Source of the DNA: Octopus sinensis
Taxonomy: Eukaryota
Direction: 5' to 3'
Length of the DNA stretch: 64,000 nt
Assembly: GCF_006345805.1 (NCBI RefSeq)
Contig: NC_043021.1
Location: 9,796,001 to 9,860,000, forward strand
Every line of letters starts with the position of its first letter. Within the stretch, counting starts at the first letter, position 1. The position numbers were made by a program, and so were the translations under genes. Shown here piece after piece: positions 36,401-50,000 of this stretch. Below the pieces are notes generated by a model that searched no databases, had not been told where the DNA came from, and worked only from the letters and a program-made list of their open reading frames with translations.

Positions 36401-39400
36401 ATTGCAGGAGTTACATCTTTATTAATAGGGATCACCGACAGCTGTTTAGGTTCATATATGGGTTTTGGTTTATCAACTGAGGTTTGGATGATACACAGAT
36501 TCCATGGTTTTTTGGTGATAACTGTTTTAGAAGAGCTTGTCATATCTTTGCTAATGTGTGCAGATACGTCTTCAATTTCCTCACTGTTGATCTTCACTGG
36601 ATTATATAAGTCTGCTGGCGATTCCTGTAATAAGAGAGGTTTGCTAGATTTATTGCCATCATTTGTTAAAGGATTACTTGACAAATCTCGGTTCATACGC
36701 AAAAGTCTTGGATCCCTTGGTAAAGAAGGGTCATGTATTGATTCCTCTTTCGATGAATGTATATCTTGTGATGCTGGTGGTTGGGAAGGTGGGCCTTTAG
36801 AGACAGCCAGAGATAGATTTTTAGCAAGTCGGGGGTCAACAAGACCAACTTGTTCCCTAGGGTCTTTTAAAGAAACTGTTACTGAAGTAGGTATAGTTTT
36901 AGGGAGAGCAGAAGGTTTTTTAGATAAAGGTTTGTTTTTAGGAAATATTTTTGGGTCATCCCTTACAGAAGAGAGTGGCTTGTTGGTTGATGGAATAATT
37001 TTAGGGGATTGGGGAATAATTTTGGGAGACTGTGGGGTAGATTTATTCAGTTGAGGATTACCTTTCAATAATGGGACTGATTTCTGTAGTGATGGCATTA
37101 GCAATGGAGGTAAAGGTGGATTTACAGGTAGTAAAGGTGGAATTACAGGTAGTAAAGGGGGTATACTCAACGGCAATATCGGATTCACATTCATTAAGGG
37201 AGGAATAGCCTTTTGTATTGGAAGAGGAAGCTTTGGTAGGGGAAGAGGCATCTTCAGAGGTGGAGGTTCCTTTTGAGAGCCAACCAATCTTGGATCTCGG
37301 AAATTAGGTGTAACCAAATTACTGAACAAATTTGGTGGTTCAATGTCTTTGGGGGGTTCTAAGAGGAGTTTCTCCGGTTTTGGTTTATCAAATATTGGTG
37401 GCTCCTTTTCTGCTGGGAAGATATCTTGCAATGAATCAAAAACATTCATTTTCTCTCGAGGCGGGGATTTGGGTTTTAACCTTTTCTCTTTGTAAGCTTC
37501 AAAGGATATGACAGACTTAGGCTTTTTCGGTTCTGTGACAACAATAGGAGGTGGCTCAATTATTGAATCAAGAAGGAGGTCAACTTTCAAAGATTGGTCT
37601 GTAGCAGGGAAAGTGGAAGGAGTTATTCCAGTGCCTTTAGTCAATGGTTCAGCTCGAGGTGTTTTCATGATGCTTTTCGGAACAGTAGTAGTAGTACTAG
37701 TAGTGGTACTAGCAGTAGTAGTAGTAGCTTTTGCAAGGGTACTTGTGTTGCTTTTGCTTTGAAGAGATGATGTTGATGAGAGAGGATGTGTAGATGTGGT
37801 TGGTTTTTTGCTGGGAACAGATGTAGTTGATAGTTTCTTTTCTTTGTCAGGTTTTGAAGTTGTCGAAGTAGAAGAAACCTTTTTATCTATACCAAGTTTC
37901 TTTTCCTTCGGAGGACTTTTGCTAGAAAATTTGTCTTTTGCTACTTTGATTTTCTTTTTGAAAGAATCACCCGAAGAGAGTTTCAATAGTTTGTTGGCTT
38001 TTTCACATTTACTGACAAATTTTCTTTTGGCATCATTTTTCAGAGAAGTAATGTCGATTGTCGAACCGAATTCTTCTAAGTCTACCTTAGAAACTGGAGA
38101 TGGTTTAGAGTGAAATTTTGAAAGTTTGATATTAGTCGCAGATTCACTTTTACTTGTCATTTGGGAAGTAGCTGAAGAAAGAGATTTTGAAAGTGATTCA
38201 GCATTTGATGTCTGTTCTGGAATGTTCAGAGCATTCATGAGGTCCTGGTGACTTCCAATCCAGTTCATCACATTAGATGTTCCTTCTCTTTTCAAATGAC
38301 TTGTGATCTAAAAAAAAACAAACAAAAAACACATTACAAAGTAATTATTTAGAATTTAGTGTAGCTTTTAGTTTAGAATGATTAAGTTTAATGTTTGAGG
38401 CATCAGATGTAGTGTGCAAGGGAGAACACTGGGCTGGTATGGGCGAAGACAGCTGCGTAAAAAAGTGCTGATCTCTAACTGTGGAGGGGAACCTGTGGAA
38501 GAGGTAGACCCAGGAAGATGTAGGATGAGGTGGTGAAATATGATGTTCAGATGTCGAATTTCAAAGAAGCAAATAACAAGTGACCAAGACTTCTGGTGAT
38601 TTGCTGTGCTTGGGAAGACATGTCAAGCTTAGTGGAAACATAGTCATGGAGAGTGCCAGTGACACATTAAAGGCTTCTGTGCTGGTGACACATGAAACGC
38701 ATCCAGTACACTTTGTGGAGTGGTTGATGTTAGGAAGAGTATCGAGACAGAGAAACCTAGTCAAAAGAGACTGAACCTGGTGTGACTCCCCAGCTTACCA
38801 GTTCCGATCAAATTATAAATTAGCTGAAAAATTATTCTGCATATTGATAATTTAAGTGGTTTGCTACTTTTGGGATACAAACTGGGACCCTGACCAACTC
38901 CTGAAGTGGGTGGATAAGGCGGAGTCGGGAGGCGTCGAAAGAGCAGAAACCCCGTGAAACCCCAGAAACATCACTGATGATGTATCCCAGATCATCCAAG
39001 AGATGCATCGTGAAACTAAACAAAACTCAATGTTATAGGGTTAATTAAAGTGGGGAAGCATGTGAAACACCATTTTCAGTCACCAGCATAGAAAACTAAA
39101 AGACTATGATGAGAGCGACCGGGCTATTACCATTATCATGGTGGTGGTCTATGATTGATGGTGGTAGTGATGCTGATGACTATGATGGTGTGATGTTGGT
39201 GGTAGCACTAGGTCATTGTGATAACAGTGTAATGACTAATAATAAAGATATGATGATGAAGCTTAACAAGGACTAACTGGTGCTACTCTAGCATGTGGTC
39301 TACCACAATATCCATAGTCTATTAGCTGTGAAACGATCTAATCTGGATTAGGTTAAAGGTCAGGTTTAGTATTAGGGTTTCAGGTTAGGGTCAGGTTTAG

Positions 39401-42400
39401 GGTTTAGAGTGCGGGTTAAGGTTTAGGGTAAGGGTTATGATCAGGCTCATGGTTTAGGGTAATGGTTTAGAGTTAGGGTTAAGGACTGGGCTAGACGGTA
39501 TGTTAAAGTGTCAATAGCCAGGTAGGCCGTATGCTAAAGTGTCAATAGCCAGGTAGACCGTATGCTAAAGTGTCAATAGCCAGGTAGACCGTATGCTAAA
39601 GTGTCAATAGCCAGGTAGACCGTATGCTAAAGTGTCAATAGCCAGGTAGACCGTATGCTAAAGTGTCAATAGCCAGGTAGACCGTATGCTAAAGTGTCAA
39701 TAGCCAGGTAGACTGTATGCTAAAGTGTCAATAGCCAGGTAGACCGTATGCTAAAGTGTCAATAGCCAGGTAGACCGTATGCTAAAGTGTCAATAGCCAG
39801 GTAGACCGTATGCTAAAGTGGCAGCAACAAACTTTAATAAACTGGTTCTTGGTTTACAAGCTTGAACATTATTTCTTTAACAAGAGGCATAATATAGAAA
39901 TACAGCATGAAACTATTGTTATTGTTGCTGTGTGACAAATGGAATTATTTTACAAGAAAACAACTGAACACAAACAGATTAACTCACCTGCTTTATACAA
40001 TCATTCAGGGCCACAACTGGCTGAAACCGTACTGAGAACATAGCAGATTTCCAGTCATCATAACCCAATTCTCTCAGTGTTGGCGTTCGCTTCGCAGGTA
40101 ATTCTTCACCAAATAAAGATTTCTCTTGTTCAAGATATAAATCAGATATTGGGAAATCTAAATCTAAATATTTGTTGAATTCTGAGAGAAGATTGTTATC
40201 TTTTGATGTCGTTTTGTCTCCAAATGTACTAGTTGTTGATGCGAGGCTGATGTTGTCAAATTCTGATGCTTTTCTCCTCATTTTCTGCCGTTTCCGTCGC
40301 CGCCGATAGCCAGTCATATCAAAAGGTGCTTTCTTTTTAAGCAGGCTCCGAGACGCCATAGAGCACTTTTTCTTTTTGCGCTCACTTGGGGGTAAATACA
40401 GACTGTCAGCTTCTGACACACTGGTAGACTCAGAGTTGTCTGGGTCTAACAACAGAAGTTCTTTCATCAGCTTTGTATTGACATCATCAATACCAACAGC
40501 ATCCAGAACAGGAGGAGGTATTTCATCACACAGCATTCCTTCTTGATCTTCTAGGAGTTTGTGACTCTGAGTATCTTTAATTTGCCTCTTCCGTAGTTTA
40601 TGAAGGAATGATTTATATTTCTTTTCAAATTCTGAAACCTCAGCCACTTCACTCCTGCTGCTAGCAGGTGCCTGGGGCTGCTCCCTGGCTTCAATAGTAG
40701 ATTCTACGGTATTTAACAATTTTGACAGAGCCTCAGACTGTAGAGCAGTTTCCTACAAAACAAAATTTGGTCATTAAGCAATTTATATCATTATATTAAT
40801 GCAATTAACATTAAATAATAGATGAAGATGATTCAGAAATATTTATATGTCTATGTAACTTTTGTCAAACTAAAACTATTTTAAAATTTATAATAAACTA
40901 GCAGTATCGCCCGGCGTTGCTCGGGTTTGTAAGGGAAATAACTATATAAGCATTTTTAGAGAGTTATAGCCAAAAAATAGCAAAAAAAAAATGCATTAAA
41001 ATTGGGAAAAAAAATGATGGTAAATTTTTTTTAAATCGTTGACTCATCATAGACATTTTTAGAGTTACTTCCCTTATATAATAGCGAAAAAAATGCATTA
41101 AAATGGAAAAAAATTATGGTAAATTTTTTTTTAAATCGTAGACTCATCGTAGACACACGCTAATACCCAGAAGGGCTCGATATGAATCACGACTATAAGA
41201 TACCCGGTTTTGGTTAAACTGCACCGCAAAATGTGGGAGTAGTTAGGAATCTAAATCGTAGGAGACAGACACACAACTTGACTTTTATATATAAAGATGA
41301 GAAAATGACAAACAAACATTCCAATTTTAAAATATTTTCATAAAAATGTGGCTTTTATGGTCCCTTTTTTAAATTAGTTCCCAAAGATACAATCAAATCA
41401 CAGAATGGATTCTAATTCATTTTGACATCTACTTCCTGTCTCCATCTTTTGGATTATGAATTTCTTCCCATATCACAAAAATGCCAAGCGTGTATTGCAC
41501 CTATTAAAAAGGAGGCAAATAATTTTGAAATTTCGAAATGTTTTGGCTTTCAGGAGGACGTTAAATGAAGATGATGACTTTAGCTTTAATAATCTTTAAA
41601 AAATAATTTAGAGCAATCCCAGAATTTCCACTTTCATGAGATTACTCTTTTCTTTACTCTTTTTACTTGTTTCAGTCATTTGACTGCGGCCATGCTGGAG
41701 CACCGTCTTTAGTCGAGCAACTCGACCCCAGGACTTATTCTTTGTAAGCCCAGTACTTATTCTATCGGTCTCTTTTGCCGAACCGCTAAGTGACGGGGAC
41801 GTAAACACACCAGCATCAGTTGTCAAGCAATGCTAGGGGAACAAACACAGACACACAAACATATTCACACACACTTATATATATATACATATATACGACA
41901 GGCTTCTTTCAGTTTCCGTCTACCAAATCCACTCACAAGGCATTGGTCGGCCTGGGGCTATAGCAGAAGACACTTGCCCAAGATGCCACGCAGTGGGACT
42001 GAACCCGGAACCATGTGGTTGGTTAGCAAGCTACTTACCAAACAGCCACTCCTAATTTCATCATAAAAATCCTCTGTCAGAGCTGTAAATTTTTTTTCTT
42101 TTTGGTAATGAAACAGCTAACTTCAATACTCAGTGTAATCCAGCATTCAATGATTTAGTCCAAACTTGCTGAGAATTATATGGCTGTCACATCATTTAAA
42201 ATTTGTTCATTTTCATGTTATTAAAAACAACCCCCCACTCACTCAAACAGAAGGAGACATCTGATAACGTAGAACAAATGCCTATGATTATAGGTTTGCT
42301 CTGGTGGGGCTGACTGGGATCAGTCAACATACACACAGGCCTAGATAAACAGGCATTACTACACAGAACATTTAGAAGGCAACAGCAATGTACTTACTTC

Positions 42401-43974
42401 TGTCTGGTCTGCAACAGTTGGTAGCAGTATTGTTGTCTTTAAACCTGTTTTACCAGACAGGGCTGTGTTTTTTATTTTTGGAGTGACTCTCACCAAAGCG
42501 CCCTGAGTTGAATTTGTCAGACCACTCTTGTGTTCTTTTGATGCTTTTAGTTTAGAGTGCACAACGTCTTTTAGTTTCTTCAGATCCTCGATAGACATTT
42601 TGTTCAAAGAGTGTTTCTACAACAGGAAATATTTTTTTTTAAATACTATTTTAAAAAAAATGATCATTTCTAACAAAAGGTACAAGATCACAAATTTGTG
42701 AGTTAGAAGAGTACTGGTTCTCAGTGCTTAACAGGTAATTATTGACTCCTTAAAACAGGCGTCAAGGGACTTTTTTAAGCAATTACCCCAAAATATATTT
42801 ATTTTCTCTGACATTATCCCACTGATTTGAAAGGAAGAAAATCATAGGTTCTTTGAATTCAAAAGGATCATTGACTCTATTTTATTGAATCTAATTTAAA
42901 CATCCATTACACTGGACAGATGCAGTGTTGCCAGAAAGAAAATTTCTGTTGTAACAAGCAACACATTTTTTATATAATTTTACTTATGTCTAATGAGTTC
43001 TCATTACCCCCAAGAATTTCATTTTTTACCCCGGTTCACCAACCCCGCTGCCTTAGAAAAATGAAAAGCAAGGTCAAGCTCAGAGAATTAGTTTAAACAA
43101 ATGCAAAGGGACTTAACAACAAATCACAAGGCATTTTAGCAGACTCTACTGATTCTGTTAGCCACCTCTTCCTCACAATGAAATAAAAATTTTGCTTTCT
43201 TACTATGAGCAGAGGTTCAAACTTTGTGTTACATTGATTACGTTGTATGACATAACTAATAGTCCCATGTTACATAAATGAAATGAAATAACTATCAGCT
43301 GTATTTCAAAGCAGGTTGCAGACTTTAATGATAATACTAGCATCAACAACAACGATGGTCAAGTAGAATTGGTTCAAAGTCAGACTTTGGTAGTTTTGAC
43401 CCTGGCATACTTGAGATCAAACCCTACTCAACATTTACAGGAACGTGGACATTGAGAAATGAGAACGATGAGAATAATGGTAAGTGTGGTGTTGAGGGAA
43501 GAGGAAAAGAAGACAAAAAAATAGAAGACACATGGAGAGAAAAATAATGATGAAGGAGGCACAGGCGTGACTGTGTGGTAAGAAGTTTACTTCACTACCA
43601 CAAACCACACAGCTCTAAGTTCAGCCCTGCTGCATACCATGTTGGGTGAATATGTTCTGCTTCAGTCCTGGACCAACCAAAGATTTGTGAGTGGATCTGG
43701 TAGATGGAAACTGAAAGAAGCCCATCATTGCCGGTGGCATGTAAAAAGCACCATCCAAACGTGGCCGATGCCAGCGCCACCTTGACTGGCATCCATGTCA
43801 GTGACACGTAAAAAGCACCCAATACACTCACGGAGTGGTTGGCATTAGGAAGGGCACCCAGCTGTAGAACATTGCCAGATCAGACTGGGCCTGATTCAGC
43901 CTTCTGGCTTCCCAGACCCCGGTGAAACCGTCCAACCCATGCTAGCATGGAAAACGGACGTTAAACAACGATGA

Positions 43975-44019
<45 letters not shown>

Positions 44020-47000
44020 GTAAGTGTGTGTGTGTATTTGTGTTTCCTTATCTTGACATCATGTGACAGTTGTAAATAATTGTCACTGTCATACAAGCAG
44101 TGTTGTTCATTTCTGGTATTCCGCAAGAACATGTCTCACCATGGGCAAATATTACCTTGCTTGGAAACAGGTGAGGGTTAGCACCAGAAAGGAAATCTTA
44201 TCTGACCCATGCAAGCATGGAAAAATGCATAGTAAATGATGATGATGATGATGAGGAGGAGGAAACAGAAAAGTGATGAAGAACAAGCTGAAGGTAATTA
44301 TCACTGTTGTTGTTGTTATTGTTGTGCTTTAGACAGAACGAAACCTTTGAAATTAAATACAAAAGACTAAAAAATATCAAAGTAAAGATCATACCTTTGT
44401 TGATTCTTCAGGTTTTTTACTCTTTAATTTTGAAGTTAAAGACTTTTTATTTGATGAAGGTTCAAACGGTTCGTTTTCTTGGGAACTCAACAACTGCATC
44501 ATCAATTCATGCATGGAATTTTCCTGTCCCTTTATGTGACCACTGGGGGAACTCTCAGCCTCCGACGAACTCTTGCTTGACTTTGGAAATATTACTGAAG
44601 TAACACTATCTGATGTTTTGCTGGAGCCTTTCTTGAACAGTTCTGATTCGAACAGATTTTTGGAGGCAGATACTGAAGCCTTCAGAAGGCTCTTCACAGA
44701 AGATTTCTTTGGCATATCAGTGTGATGTAGAGACGGCTCTTTCTTAACTGTTGGTAATCTATCTAGAAGATCCTGTACACTCTTCTCTGTTAGTTCTATG
44801 TCAGAGCTTTTCTTTTCACCGATTTTCGTTTCAGTAGTGGAACCGGCTGGTTTTTTCTTGTTTAAAGCAAATGGTATTGGCTTTCTAGTTTTAGCATTAC
44901 TGCCACCACCACTATTACTACTACTACTACTATTACTAATAGCAGTAGTAGTGGTAGTGATTGTAGTAGTATTTGAAGTGTCACCAATAGAATTCATGGT
45001 GCCTGTGTTGGTAAATGCTATGCCAGAACCACCTGATATTTTATTATCACAGTTGTTTAGGTAGCTATTCCTCCAGTCCTTATTCTCAAAAAACTCGGAC
45101 CCACTTGCATGCCATTCAATGTTTGCAGGTTTATTCTGGGAATTTCCTTCATACTGATTGAGATTCATGTTTAAGGCAACTTCTTCGTTATGCTTCCATG
45201 GATGTTGGTCCCCTAAGCACTGAGGATCAACTTCATTCTGCAACAAGGGTCGACTGTATGGAAGTGGATACCAATTCATCTGGTCAGTTGGTTCATTGCT
45301 GTATCCAGGCATTGGGTTTGGTTGACCCCAAATATGGCTGACGTCCATTTTAATGTCATCGGTGTAAAACTGGGGCTTGAACTGTCCATTGTTTTCCATA
45401 GAAAAACTGGGATTATCTACAGGAGGTGGGCAATGTTCTGCATCTAAAGGAATTTGATCTTGACGACATTTCATTCTTGGATCTGATCCAGATCTTTGAA
45501 CTAAGACTTTCTGAGAGATATCAGGAAGAGGTGGCTGTGGCCCATATCCTAGGAATAAACTTGCTAGCATTCTACATTGCTCATTTGCAGTGTCTTGAGG
45601 AAAAACATTTTGAAGCATATGGTCCCTGTCTGATAAGCCTGGACCTAACAGAGGCGGTCGTATTCCTGGAAGCATTCGAATGTTAGGCTCGAGGTTATTT
45701 GGGACATTTTTAAAGGGGACTGGATGACGAGGTCCTTTTTTCCAATCGCTTTTCTCATCAGATTTTTTGCTAGGAGGAGGACCTTTAGTTGGATCGTAGA
45801 TATAAATAGATTTTGAAAGTGATCCAGGTGTAATAGTATCTGCTTTTCGTTCGTAGGTTATCACAGCATAAGGAAGACAGTGTCGAGGGCGAGGTGCAGG
45901 CATTCCCTCATCATCATATTCATACAAGTATATCTGAAATGGTAATGAAGAGTGACATTTATTTCGGAGAAAAGTGAAGGAGCTCAAGTTATTATAAACC
46001 TCATCTTTAGAGATGAAATTTTTTTTCACAATGTATACTCTTTTACTCATTTCAGTCATTTGACTGTGGCCATGCTGGAGCACCGCCTTTAGTCAAGCAA
46101 ATCGACCCCGAGACTTATTCTTTGTAAGCCCAGTACTTATTCTATCGGTCTCTTTTGCCGAACCGCTAAGTGACGGGGACGTAAACACACCAGCATCGGT
46201 TGTCAAGCAATGCTATGGGGGACAAACACAGACACACAAACACACGCATACATATATATATATATATACATATATACGACAGGCTTCTTTCAGTTTCCGT
46301 CTACCAAATCCACTCACAAGGCATTGGTCGACCCGGGGCTATAGCAGAAGACACTTGCCCAAGATGCCACGCAGTGGGATTGAACCCGGAACCATGTGGT
46401 TGGTAAACAAGCTACTTACCACACAGCCACTCCTGCGCCTAATGTATGATATTTGCACAAAAAATAAGTTTGTTTGATGTATTTAGTTTTAGCATTTCTT
46501 TTCACAATGTTGCTACCACTTGCAAGCTCCAAGTCTTTACTGATTTTTCATTAAATGACTAAAGTCTTATTCATGGGTGTGGACTTTCAGAGTACCAGAC
46601 AAAGTTTTTGACTAACAATAATAATGTATGCTTACAAAATCTAATAAACAATAATTCATTTAAAAGACTCAGACATTTACAACTAAAAAGGATTAGAATA
46701 GTACAGAGACAACTACAGATTACAGCTAAGAGGGAGTTAATCTAATTAGCACATCTATTAAATATTGTCAATAACTAAATATGATTTCAGTGTTAATTCT
46801 CTCATTGTCTATACACTTTACATTAAGTAGCTATCTTTGATACTCCTACTTCTGTCTGTACTCACATTACTGTGACCTTTGGGCAAATAAATGACATGGA
46901 CACACCAGTTAAAATCAGATACAGTTACACTCGTTCATACATTAAAAACGTACATTTATAAACCCAGTCTAATGTTACTCATAACCACAGATTATATCTG

Positions 47001-50000
47001 ACGCAACGACTACTTTCCATTCCATTCAACCGTTGTTGATGCCCCATTGAATGAACAGCTCAGCATTAGACTGGTTCTAGGCCTACCTGTCCACAATGAC
47101 CAATTATGGGTTATACAAGTAACTCTTGACATCAAGTTCTGACTATCACCACTTAGGAGAATTTTGAACCCAGACTAAAAAGAGCAAGGACCTTTCTGCA
47201 AGTCATCTTATGCAATATAAATAATTTTGCCAATCCACTGCCCAGCACTGGGACTTCGTTTCATCAACCCTAAACGGATGTAAAGCAAAGCTAACCTCAG
47301 CAGTGTTTTGAACTCAACAGTGCAGAGAGCCAGGACAAACATTGCATGCCATTCTATCCGATGCACTAATGATGCACTCCGTTCACTGTCTTCAATAACC
47401 AACACTCTACACTGATCATTGACACAATAATTTACAGTGTACGACTAGTCTGACAACAATTTATACTGGATATCTAGCCCAATGCTTACATCAACAGAAC
47501 TTATTGCAAAATAATTTGTTCAACAGCTGTTGTCTCAAAACAATTTTCACTAGAAGTCTAGGTCTAAGCCATTATAATCATCATTTAACATCTGTCTTCC
47601 ATGCTGTCATGGGTTGACAGTTTGACAAGAGATGGCAACCCAGAGGACGGTGCCAAGCTCTATTGTTTGTTTTGGCATGGTTTCTACCGCTGAACACCTT
47701 TCCTAATCCACCCCCGAAACAATTTATACTTCAGCTCCAGATCCAATCTTTTCAAAACAATTTATATGAGAGATCTAGCTTCTGACAACAAAAATTTACA
47801 AAGATCCTTTATTAAACTGAAATATTTGCGACTTTTTGTTTTTACAACCATCGTCCTATGGACAATTCATGCATCAACATGTGAAGAAAGCCAGGAAAAT
47901 CCACAAACCTGTGAACGTTGCATTTGAATGATATGAATATCTGAGAGTTGAGGTGGTTGAAGTCCCACATGGCAGTCATAGTTTGGTGTGGGTTCAATAC
48001 TAGACATCAGTCGTTCGTTTACAGGTTTACATTTACCCGTTAATACCTAAAATGTAATAGATGAAAAAAAAATCAACATATCAATACATATGAAAATATA
48101 TGGTAACACATGTGTGATGATAGACAGGCAGATACAAAGTGTGATGGGATGAGGGAGTGGAAAGGAGAAGGGTTTCACTTATGTAAAAAAAGATTATTAT
48201 AAGTTACCAACAGCATAATATCATACAGAACAGAAGATATCAACTACTTGGTGTATCATTTTATTAGGAGGTTGCCATAAACCAGTTCAAAGAAGGCTTT
48301 TATTCAAACGTTATTTCTGCTCGCAATCTAATCCGTTAATTACTGCTGTTCAACGATTAAGACGCATTGTTTTATATTAAATAAAGATAGTATCCATCTA
48401 TCAACGTCATTTGACATTAAGCCGCATGTTTGTACTCAATACAAAATAAGGTAAAGGCGGCGAGCTGGCAGAAACGTTAGCACACCAGGTGAAATGCTTT
48501 ATGGTATTTTGTCCACTGCTGTGTCCTGAGTTCAAATTCCGCCGAGGTCAACTTTGCCATTCATCCTTTCGGGGTCGATAAATTAAGTACCAGTTACACA
48601 CTGGGGTCGATGTAATCGACTTAATCTGTTTGTCTATCCTTGTTTGTCCCCTCTATGTTTAGCCCCTTGTGGGCAATAAAGAAATAACAAAATAAGATAT
48701 CGATATTTTTATCTATTATTTACCATTGTAGAAAGGAATTAATGATAGGATATTACAATTCATAACAGAGGTAGTCAACAAGATCAATTTAATCTATTGG
48801 CATCAACATTGCTATTCATCAATTGGTCCCAATGGATAGACGAAAAATAAAAGTAAAGAATAAAATGTGTAAACTTACATTAAATACAAAAAGTGCAGTT
48901 GTTAACTGATTTGAAATGGTTTCAACCGTCTGCAAACTGACATCTGCATGCTTGGACAAATACACACCAGAATTATGATCTCCTGTTAATAGATTTGAAG
49001 CGAAGTTGTGACAACAATAACAATATCAATTAAACACAGAACATGGTACCAAAAATATGCCGACCTTCCAGAATGTCAAAACATGTTGGACTTTCATGTT
49101 GGAAACTATATAATAGGTTAATGAGAGAATGGGTGGTTACACACTAAATTTCTATAGCAGCTTCAGATCCTAAGTTATTGATTTGGGAGAGAAGCTGGGT
49201 TCAGCAAGTAACAAATCTTGAAACTGTCTGTCAAGAGACTCCCCAACTCCTTTTTCTTACTTTACTCAGAATCAGGCTTCGTAATATTTAAATTTATTTC
49301 AGTTCTTCTGATTAATGCTCTGCCATGCTTGAAATATATGTATTGCTTCATTAATGATGAGCTGTGAAAAGTACAGATATGCAAATTAGGCTATTCACTA
49401 ATGTGCTAGCTTAATTTATGATTGCTATATATATGACAAATGTAGAGGCGCGTGGCTTAGTGGTTAGGGTGTTGAACTCATGATCGTAAGGTTGTGGTTT
49501 CGATTCCTGGACCAGGCGATGCATTGTGTTCTTGAGCAAAACACTTCATGTCATGTTGCTCCAGTCCACTCAGCTGGCAAAAGTGAGTAATCCTGCAATG
49601 GACTGGCACCCCGTCCAGGTGGAAAATTTCTACGCCACTGAAACTGGGAAACCGACCCTTATGAGCCTGGCATGGCTCAAGAAGGAACATTTATTTATTT
49701 ATATATAACAAATGAAGATTCTATGTCATTTATTGGGGGGGGGGGGAGAAGCTGGTACGTGTTGTCTGAGGAACAATCACTTTAGTAAAACTAAATATCA
49801 AAGAACATTATCTAAACTGTGTATCATAATATATTATCAACCTCAAAGAGATAAAAAGTACAATCAACTTTAGCATGATTTGAATGCAAAGTCTTGCAAG
49901 CAGCATGGTGACCTCAAGAGTTCTGGTGGCATGTAAAAAGCACCCAGTAAACATGGTAAAGTGGTTGGTATTAGGAAGGGCATCCAGCCATAAAAACTGT

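Noticed and set aside
31451-37762. Plus-strand ORFs overlapping the giant exon (e.g. 31451-31951, 36356-37054, 37508-37762)
   Set aside because: Antisense shadows of a long coding frame; no recognisable motifs
38970-39020. CTGATGA...GTGAAAC hammerhead-like match
   Set aside because: Helix II overlaps the core and there is no helix III/UH or helix I partner
39493-39820. CRISPR-like array
   Set aside because: Head-to-tail 31-bp units with no unique spacers, no cas genes, eukaryotic intron
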